Of a stretch of 64,000 nt of DNA, positions 29,060 through 38,615 are shown piece after piece. Position 1 is the stretch's first letter, and the number at the start of each line of letters is the position of its first letter. Origin of the DNA: Octopus vulgaris (taxonomy: Eukaryota). The stretch lies in the NCBI GenBank assembly GCA_951406725.2, contig OX597833.1:29140001-29204000 (forward strand), read 5' to 3'. The notes under the pieces are model-generated. The model did no database searches and was not told where the DNA came from. It worked only from the letters and a program-made list of their open reading frames with translations. Made by a program: the position numbers and the translations under genes.

Positions 29060-30900
29060 TGCTTGATCCAAGACTGTAGTTCAGTCAAAAAGATGAGTTA
29101 TGAAAAAGTGAATCTGACATGGCGAACATACTTGTTTACCATCAAGGAAGTACTGGAGATGTTGCAGCCTTAATGCATGCCTGCAGATAATTAGCAACAG
29201 CATGCCCAAACCTCCATACAACAGATGTTGACAGCAAATAAACTGTCTGAACAGGAGATGCAATCTAAATATTTGTCAAGCTTCCTCTTGATCCATTTCT
29301 GAGTAAGATTGGCTGACCTTTTTGTCATATCAGTTATCCACCTGGAAATTAGGACCAAACCAGACCCAGAGCAATTTAACCAATCTGTCAATTCAGCACC
29401 CAACAAAGCTGTTGAGAGACATGACTCTACTTCTCCAGATGCTGAGTTGCAGGCCCTCTGACTTTTCCTGGTAAATTTTTGCTCCTGTCACCACTTCATA
29501 CTCCTTTAGAGTGGTGTCAATTACCTTGGTATGTTTTGTGTTGAACTCTATAACAGTGATATCATCCATTTAGACTGATACAGCTCTTCCATATTGTAGT
29601 TCATGCAGGATGCTCTTCAAAACCTCTAGCTTCTGCAGTAGTGGCACCAACTCTAACACACACAGAAGAGGCAAGAGGGAGCAGTCTTGACAGATCAAAC
29701 ACATGATGCTGATTGATTCTGATATACTGCCATTTACTCTGACCACTGAGCAGATGTTGCTGTACATTGCTGCAATCTAACCTCTGAAGATGGTACCAGA
29801 ACCAGCCACTGTGAGGTGAGATGTCAAGTATTGTCAACTCTATCAAAAGCTTTCAACTGATCTAAATTGATCCAGGCCCTGCTCATGTAAGGTTCTTTAT
29901 CCACCCTTTCTATGATGTATTGCATGAGGTATAGGTTACTATGGATAGATCTGTTTGTGGTGGTGCATGTTTGTTCCTTACCAACTAGATTATCAATGAC
30001 AGGCACCAACCTCTTAGCTTACACTTTGGCCCAAATCTTCAACTCTGCATTTAGCAGAGTTACAAGCCTGAACTCATTAAAATCATCCCCCCATTGTTTG
30101 GGCCCTTTCTCCACAGCAGCACCGCATCTCTTTTCATAAGACCAGGAATTTTCGTGTCATGCTACCAGTTGCAATAGACGTCTGCCAAGAGGCCCCTGAA
30201 CAAGTAAGTCTGACATATGAAGATAAAATTCATAGAAGGACAAATCACCCAGGCAATTTGTTCATCAATTTGAAGTGATGCAGCCAGCCATCACTTCATG
30301 TAATTCATTAGCTGTTAATGGCTTTTTACAGAATGTCATAGCTCTTGCCAAGTGTCACAGCAGGTTGTCAAGGTAGAGAGTAAAGTCTACCTCCATCACC
30401 AACCTGCCAGCAAACAAGGTGGCACGGAAAATCTACACACACATCTACTTGGCATCAAGTAGTCCAGCTTCCTCCTGCTCTGTCAAAGACTGAATTGTGG
30501 ATTTGTTGCCACATTGCATCTCTGCTATTCAGACCCATCAAATAGCTTTCATTCTCTCATGAGTAATAGCACATGCTGTAGCTCTGATAACACAACTTTC
30601 ATGTTTTGCAATGAAGAATTGGTTGATACCAGGTGATCAAGATAAAGCCTAGGCACCTCATATAGTGTGTAAAATATGTGATAAAACACCATGCCAGTGA
30701 CACATAAGAGGTACCCATGTTTCAAGTACTTAAGCAGAAAGTTTCCAGCTTCGTCATGTGAGAAAATTAAGGTTGGTGTGTTTGACATTCCACAAATTAG
30801 GTGGCTATTGTAGGATGAGCAGGTTTTTGGAGACCATGTCTGGTGTTAAAAAAGACACATAGAATGCTTTTGCTGCAGTTGTGTCTGATTTCTTGGGAAA
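29060..30900 (-). mobile_element. Decayed Tx1/L1-clade LINE, RT region
   Basis: ORF fragments LVGKEQTC..NRSIHSNLYL, INLDQLKAFDRVD and MYSNICSVVRVNG..QDCSLLPLLCVL, with many stops. Confidence 0.8.
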
Positions 30901-30929
30901 CAGGAAGTGTAACGGGTACCTTCTACATG

Positions 30930-31700
30930 TCACTAGCTTGGGTACCTCTTACGTGTCACTGGCATGTGTGCCTCTTACAGTAGCTGTTACATGTCACCAG
31001 CACTGGCCACAACTACAATTTCACTTGGCTTGATGAGTCTTCTCAAGCACAGCAAATTACCAAAGGTCATAATCACTTGTCATTGCTTCCATGATAACCC
31101 ACATTCACCACCTTGTCCCACCTCTTCCACAAGTTCCCTCCACATTTAGAGATCAGCACTTCTTTACACAGCTGTCCTCATCCATATGCATCATATGATT
31201 ATATCAGCACAGATGTCTATCTTGTACACCACATCTCATGCTTCTTATGCCCAGTTTTTTTTTTAAGATGCTTACACTCAGTTGTACATGCACACTGACA
31301 TTGCATATCTAGCAGAGAATACTAAATTCATTTCTTTTAAACCTTCACAGATCCTCTGCCATCACAGCCCATGTTTCACTGCTGTATAGCATGGCTGTTC
31401 ACACACATCATACAATCTGCCTTTCACTCTCAAGGAGAGACACTTTGTTACCAACAAACTTTGCCCAGCCCATTCTTATTCTAGCTGCTACACTCTCAAA
31501 GAATCCTCTCAACTGCTGACTTGGTCACCTAGGTAATGAAAGCTATCAACTACTTTTAGATATCTCCACTTTCTGTATATTTCTAATTTTCACTATACTT
31601 GTGCATCTGCCATGCACATACAAAAACTATTTTCTTTGTTAACCTTCCTCTGATATTGCTGCTTCTCTTGTATGCCCTTAGCTTGCACTGGATACACCTT
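30930..31700 (-). mobile_element. Old 5'-truncated RTE LINE
   Basis: Degenerate match to the RTE C-terminus (ttcttattctagc, ttggtcacctagg, aagctatcaactact are shared with 47530-47620). Confidence 0.8.
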
Positions 31701-31941
31701 CGAGCAGGGTAATCTACCTGAAGAGATTTATGATTTGTCATCTTTCCTACTAGTAGCTGACCAGCCTTATTGCTTATGGATAAACAATAGAATTGAGCTT
31801 ATTCAGAGAGTAAGTGGTAGAAAGAAAAAAGAAATTGACATGATCCGCATCATGGAAAAGTGAACTTTAAAGCAAAGCTGAAGATAACACACACACAAAT
31901 ATATCATCATCATTATCATCACACAAACATATATGTATACT

Positions 31942-32118
31942 TATGTATGTATGTATGTATGTATGTATGTATGTATGTATGTATGTATGTATGTATGTAT
32001 GTATGTATGTATGTATGTATGTATGTATGTATGTATGTATGTACGCATGTATGTATGTACGTATGTATGTATGTACGTACGTATGTATATATGTATGTAT
32101 GTAAGTATGTACGTACGT
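31942..32118. repeat. (TATG)n tetranucleotide microsatellite
   Basis: Seen directly. It degenerates to TACG variants at the right end. Confidence 0.97.
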
Positions 32119-32699
32119 AGTTGTCCAAAGGCATAAATAAAGAGCACACTCAATATAATAGAGTGTGTATAATTTAAATACAAAATTATAAATTAAGATC
32201 GCCTAATTTCGAATTTCGTATTCAAATTATATGTATGTATAAATACATGCATGCATATTTTTTTTCCGCATGCATACGCACAAACATACATGATACTTCA
32301 ACCAAACAATGTTTTTCATTCTCCTCTGCCGCCACCCATTCTTCGTCATATAATATATAATAGAAAATATTAATAAAACAATACAAATATAAGGTAATCG
32401 ATAAATTAGAAGATAAATAATTATTTTATTCAAAATATTTGAATAATAGTAATAATAACCTTTAAAACACTACTCTACATTTCGACATCAAAGACAATGG
32501 ACATTTAGGGGAAAAGATTTGTGCGCGTTGTAAGGGGCCTCTGTATGTGAGATGCGTGAGTGTGTGTGTGTGCGTGTGTATTTGTGTGTGTGTAGTTGTG
32601 TGTGTGTGTGTGTGATGTGCATGTGTATATATGTACATACATAAACAAGTGTGTTTATGAATGTGTAAGTGGTCGAGTAGTGTAGAGAAGTAGAGATTG

Positions 32700-32790
32700 C
32701 AAAACAACAACGTCACTCTACACGTGTTATTGATTTAAATATATTTATGTAGAACTCTCACTTGAGAAATTATCACACCAAATGGTAAGA
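32700..32790 (+). promoter_or_regulatory. Candidate promoter and short first exon ending ATG|gtaaga
   Basis: Local CpG retention, a CRE-like ACGTCA and an E-box CACGTG at 32710-32726, and a consensus donor GTAAGA at 32785. A strong acceptor lies at 34725-34726 with a TACTAAC branch point at 34679-34685. Inference only. Confidence 0.4.
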
Positions 32791-33419
32791 TACTTTACAA
32801 CTTTCACAATAATTATGTATTCAATATCAACAATACACTTGTACCTTTTATTTCTCTTGTTTTCACACAACCCTTACAACTTCCTCCTCTCTTTCTCGTA
32901 CACCGATCATATTATTTCACTCTTGTGTTTTTTTATTGTTTATAATGGTGTTGGGGTGTTTTCTAGTGGCATTGGAGTATATATCTAGTGTCTTCGAGTG
33001 CTTAAACTGATGTTAGATCATTGAAAGTGGTAGTGTTGTTTAGTTCCAAGTCAGCCGTGATCAAACTGACCTACAATTAACAGTTTTCCAGCCATGACCA
33101 TCACATCTTCTTTTAGTGTCCCCGAGCCACATTATCCAAAGTGTCTTATTTTTTAAGAGAGAGGAGTGTTGTTAGCGACTGATTTTACTGATGTTTCTAG
33201 CAGGTCGAGCGATCACGTACGGGCTCTGTTACTAGCTTTCTTCAGCTGCTTTTCATGTTGTTTATCCTTGTTTCTTGTTTTGGACTGGATGACGGGGCTA
33301 TTTCTATAGCCATCGAACGATCAATGGGTTAATAATCCTTTTTCCAGTATTTATAGTGATACTGACATGTTTCTGGTGCTGTTTGAGTGATGGTATTAAT
33401 ATTAAAGTGTTTATTGCGA

Positions 33420-34080
33420 CATTAGAGGTTTCTAATGATGTTGGAGTGTCTCTGGTGATGATGGAGTGTTTCTAGTCATGTTTTGAGTGTTTCTGGCGAT
33501 GATGGAGTGTTTCTGAGGATGTTTGAGTGTCTCTGGTGATGTTGGAATGTTTCTTGTGAGATTGTGGTGTCTCTAGTGATGATGGACTATATCTAGTTAT
33601 CTTGGAGTGTTTTGAAGTATTCCTGGTGATGTTAGAGTGTCTCTGGTGAGATCGGAGTGTTTCTGGTGATGTTGGCGTGTCTCTGGTAAAGTTGGAGTGT
33701 TTCTGGTGATAATAGAGTATTTCTGGTAAGGTTGGAGTGTCTTTGGTGAAGTTGCAGTGTTTTTGGTGATAATGGAGTGTTTCTGGTGAGGTTGGATTGT
33801 CCCTGGGGATATTGGAGTGTCTCTGGTGAAGTTGTAGTGTCTCTGGTGATGTTGGAGTGTTTCTGGTGATAATAAGATGTTTCTGGTGGTAATGGAGTGT
33901 TGCTGGTGAGGTTGGAGTGTTTCTGGTGATGTTAGAGTGTCTTTGGTGTTGCTGGGGTGTTTCTAGAGGGGTTTGAGTATCTCTTGTGAAGCTGGAATTT
34001 TTTTGCTGAGGTTGGAGTGTCTCGGAGCGTCTCTGGGGAGGATGGAATGTTTTCAGTGAGGTTGGAGTGCTTCTGGTAAC
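33420..34080. repeat. 20-bp minisatellite, consensus GTTGGAGTGTYTCTGGTGAT, about 30 diverged copies
   Basis: The 20-nt period is visible across 33600-34020. Strongly G+T-rich on +. Confidence 0.93.
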
Positions 34081-35871
34081 ATTGAACTGTTTTAAATTTG
34101 GTGGTGATGAGATATTTGTAGTGTTGTTGGTAATAATATATCGGTTTAGTGGAGGTTGTTGTAGTAGGTGTAGTACTAGTTATAGTGCAGTAGTAATTGC
34201 AATAGTAATATAGTTTGAAGATATGGTCGAAGTTGCGTTTCATTTATGAGTCTAGCTAGAATAGTGGCTAAAGTATGGTGGTAATATTTTGGTGTAGTGT
34301 TTGTAACAGCGGTGGTAATAGTTGAAAGAAGATAAGATTTTCTGTGGATTCATTATGTCTATAAATTCAGGTGAGGTACTGGCCAAGCAACAATTATATC
34401 TTTCCTAAGAGCGCAGCATTGGATATAGTGGAATTTGAATCTAAGAGAGGAGAAAGTCTGCAAAGATGATAAAGTTTTTTCACATAAGCACAAAGCCTCA
34501 AGTTTCTCTAATTGAGTGAGGGATGAGAGATTATGATGTACATACTGTGCTAAATGTATCTGAGGAAATAGAGCTAGTGAGGTAATGAGACAGTAAAAGT
34601 CAGACAAGGAGAATAAAAGATAGAAATGAAGTGTTTGAGAGAGAGATGTTATATATTGCTGGTGTTGACTTTATTGTTTACTAACTATAATGTTTCCTTT
34701 TTTTTTTCCTAATATTTTAACTATAGGCCCATGATGTGACAACAACAGACACAACGATCATTGCTTCTCTTCCATTTCTGAAAAAGAAGAACTGGCGGAA
34801 GAAAGATGTTTTTTTAACTTACTGCAACTAATATCATTAGCACAGTAATCTTCCTTCTGGTTGATTTTAAAGAATCTCATCTCAACTTGCCCATCCCATG
34901 ATTCCATACTATGCTGTATTATTTAAACTTTCCAGAAACATCTCTCAAACCAATTGCCAATGTTTAGCGCCTTCCACTGTACGACAATTGCTTTTGCTGT
35001 TATTACTGTGAGACATCCAAAAGAACTATCAATGCATAACCAACAAGTTCTGCATTTTTGTCCCTTAAACATATTCACCACAATTCCAATATGAAATGAC
35101 TAGAAACAATGACAGTCCAGCAGTTTTGTTTTCTGAATCCCATTCACATTTCATTTGATTTCTTTCTACATCGAAAACTTTTCTTTTTAATAAAGAAAAC
35201 AAAATTCTTTCAATTTTGACCTGCCTGAGAATCTGATGAAATTTATCCATCAATAAGAAGAAACAAACAAAATAGCATAACCATTTCATCCAAACCACTG
35301 AAAACTGAAACTTTTACTGTTAAACTAAACTGATATCATTTCAGGAATGTCTTAAGACATTTGTCTTTAAAGATTGGATTTTGTAGATCTGCTAGAATCA
35401 AATATATCAGAAATATAATCAAACATGTTTGCTAAGAAAACTATCTCAGTCACTATGCAGTCTGATATTTTATAAACTTTACAAATATAATATATTTTTA
35501 TCATCTGAAAACTTCACAAATTTCATAAAACTCTCAAAAACATTTATATAGAATGAATTTTTAAATATTTCTTCATCATCAATATTGACATTGTACCTTA
35601 AAATTCTGAGTATCTCAGATCCTCAGCCATTCTGACATTCTTCAATACTTCAAATTTTAACCCAAAATACAATATTTTTTATCATTTCAGCAGTATCTTT
35701 GTACCGCTAATGTTTTACCATATTACTAACTACCTCAACATTTGAAATTTCAAGCCACTTCATGTCACTACCTCAGTATCTTAATCTCTAACTATTTCAT
35801 TAGATTTACTGTCATTCGGTACTGGAGATTCTCAACCATTTCACTAAATATAGTCTAAATCCTCAAGCGTT

Positions 35872-36291
35872 ATGCCTGACTATAAAGATCAAGATATGAA
35901 CAAGTCTCTTAATGGCAAAGATGATTTGTTTCCACCAAGTCGATTCGATGAATTGATGGTGGCATTTACAGAACTTGATGATGAACAAAGTGGATACTGT
36001 GATATGGACACAATGATGTACATTTTAAGGAATTTCAGAAGTGGTCTGAAAGAGTGGGAACTTCCTGTTGTCCGTTCTCTCCTCAAGGCTTATGTTGATG
36101 ATCAGGATAGAGTTGTGTATCTGGATATATGTCCATTGCTTACACAACTCTTGAACAAAAGACTTTGGGAAGGGGGCAGTTATCTTGCCACTCCCGAACG
36201 TAATAAGAAACCTGAGAATGAGAAAAAAGATGCCAAGGAATCATCACAAACTAAAGAGACAGTTCCATCAAAGAAAAATGCTATTTTGTAA
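35872..36291 (+). CDS. 139-aa EF-hand-pair protein (calmodulin-like lobe, reminiscent of the EFCAB2/DRC8 C-lobe)
   Basis: ELMVAFTELDDEQSGYCDMDTMMYIL is an EF-hand helix-loop-helix with Gly at loop position 6. A second degenerate hand follows (LLKAYVDDQDRVVYLDICPLL), then a K/E-rich tail. The ORF is uninterrupted, non-repetitive and has AATAAA 13 nt after the stop. Confidence 0.75.
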   Translation: MPDYKDQDMNKSLNGKDDLFPPSRFDELMVAFTELDDEQSGYCDMDTMMYILRNFRSGLKEWELPVVRSLLKAYVDDQDRVVYLDICPLLTQLLNKRLWEGGSYLATPERNKKPENEKKDAKESSQTKETVPSKKNAIL

Positions 36292-36303
36292 AATGTAATT
36301 TTA

Positions 36304-36309
36304 AATAAA
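36304..36309 (+). terminator. Polyadenylation signal of the EF-hand gene
   Basis: AATAAA just after the stop, followed by GT/T-rich sequence (tttgttgctcttgctcttgt). Confidence 0.55.
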
Positions 36310-36444
36310 TTCACTAACTTACTACTAATGTATATCATTTGTTGCTCTTGCTCTTGTATATATGCTACTAATTAGCAGTGATATAATACCTTAACTGGGT
36401 ACCGTGGCACCAGTATTGCATTTACTGTATATGTACTTCATCTA

Positions 36445-37686
36445 CAGGGGTTGGACAAAATAATGGAAACACCTTAAAATTTCAAACAAATTTATTTTAA
36501 TATGGTGTAGGACTGCCTTGGGCAGTAATTACAGCTTGAATACTTCGAGGTATGGACTTGTACAAAGTTTGAATTGTTTCCAAAGGAATTTTTGTCCATT
36601 CTTCAGCTAAAACAGTCTCCAGTTCTTGTAGTGATGATGTTTTTCTAAAATGCACCATAAATGTTCAATAATATTGAGATCTGGGGACTGTGGTGGCTGT
36701 AAAGTGAAGTTGAACATGTGGTGGCCCACATGTTCAACTTCACTAGAATGTACCTCGTGCCATTCAATAACAACTTTAGCTGTGTGAATTGGTGCATTAT
36801 CATCCTGAAAGATTGTATTTCCCTCCGGAAACAGTTCCACAACCATAGGATGAATTTGATCAGATAAAATATTTAAATAATCTTGGCTATTAATTCTGCC
36901 ATGAAGGGAAAGCATTGGGCTGGCGGATTTCCAAGATAGAGCCCCCCCCCCCCCATCATCACAGATCCTCCTCCATGTTTAACAGTTGGAAGAAGGCAGT
37001 CTGGGTCAAATGCTTCTTTCAGCTGTCTCCACACATATACTCAGCCGGTGGTTGGAAATAAGGTAAAGGATGACTCGTCTGAGAAAATAACATTCTTCCA
37101 CTGCTCTAAGGAACAATTCTATAGGTTTTTACTCCACTCTAAATGCTTTGCAATGTTTGTTTTCAAAAGTAGTGGTTTTCTGATTGCAGCACCCCCGTGA
37201 AATCTGGCTTTGTGCAGCTCCCGGTGAACAGTTTTTGTGGAAACTGGGTTCTCGAGGTAGTCATTAAGCTCTGCAGTAATTTTGGAAGCTGTACTTTTGT
37301 GATCCTTTCTAACAATTCGCGTAAGAGTCCGACGGTCCCTATCTGAAAGTTTTGGTTTTCTTCTGGAGTTTTGTTTCGACGAGGAGGTTTTTCCCTCTTT
37401 CTCAAAGGCTGTCATTACTTTCAAAGCAGTACTTCTTGATACACCAAACATTTTGGCTGTTTTCTTTACGCTAGCACCAACAATTTGGCCTCTTTGAAAG
37501 TCTAATAGATCTGTCATTTTAATTACCTTTTTCTGATGATATCTGAACAGAAACAGCAATTTTAGCAAAACATATTAAGCAACACTAATAATAAATCAAA
37601 AATCAAAAATAAACAAACTTTTGATGGTTTTATAGATATTTCAAAATTATGATGCTAGGTGTTTCCATTATTTTGTCCAATCCCTG
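36445..37686 (-). mobile_element. Tc1-family DNA transposon, 1242 bp, full length, transposase disrupted
   Basis: 30-bp TIRs caggggttggacaaaataatggaaacacct (36445-36474 and 37657-37686, one mismatch) with TA on both sides. Transposase pieces MTDLLDFQRGQIVG...RKPLL and FQDDNAPIH...PPQSPDLNIIEHLW. Confidence 0.96.
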
Positions 37687-38401
37687 TATTCTGGAGTGTA
37701 GTACAAGAAGAACATGTTTTAAAACAATTTTCCCTGCAAAAGCAGGTATTGGCTTAGCATGTCTCATTGATTGTCCTCCATTTAGCTCTACATCCACCTC
37801 ATGAATCTCCTTGCTTTCATTTCCTCCTTCATCATCATCATCATTAATCATGTCTTTTTCCGTCTTCCCCACTTCCTCTACTTCCTTTCACACTCATTTT
37901 CATCACTTCTCCTATTCAGTTGCTTTCACCCTCTCTCAGTATATAATCCAACCATTCATCCCATTTTTTTACACATCCATCACTGGCTTTTCTCTCATAA
38001 TCTTGTGTAATTTATTGTTTGTCCTCTCTCATACTTTATTCATTCACTGAGCCATTCTAATTCAGTATCTTTCCAGCTTTCTGCGTTGCTCTACAATCAT
38101 TACCCATGTCACACTCATAAATCCTAGCACTTCTCATATCCTCACACATACAACTTAAACCTTTCCCTTTACTTTCAATGCACATCTCTCCTCATTGCTA
38201 ATGCCACTCAGAACTTCTTTCATGCACATCACACTTTAGCAACTGCTGCTAAGTCTGTAGTGTCTTCTCCATTCAACATATCTCCTAGGTAATGTTTTCA
38301 CACATTACTTTTTTATACCATTTCCAAGATTCAGCTCAATATTCCTTCTCTTTTATAGTTCCCTTTCTACATACCTTACGCACTTAAATGTAGCTATCAC
38401 A

Positions 38402-38615
38402 TTATTCTTTTACTTGTTTCAGTCATTTGACTATGGCCATGCTGGTGCACCGCCTTTAGTCAAGCAAATTGTAAGCCTAGTACTTTTTTTATCAATCTCA
38501 TTTGCCGAACCGCTAAGTTACGGGGGACATATACACACCAGCATCAGTTGTCAAGTGATGTTGGAGGGACAAACATAGACACTCACACACACACACATAT
38601 ATATATATACATATA
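38402..38615 (-). mobile_element. 3' half of an octopus-type SINE interrupted by the RTE
   Basis: Matches the tail half of 43027-43415 and stops at the central microsatellite. The head half resumes at 42554. Confidence 0.85.

Noticed and set aside
35878-35895. FLAG-tag-like DYKDQD
   Set aside because: Only four residues match, the codons look native and there is no vector context. Coincidence.
36607-36915. Novel DD44E transposase family
   Set aside because: The extra residues coincide with a local inverted duplication in a copy that is already a pseudogene.
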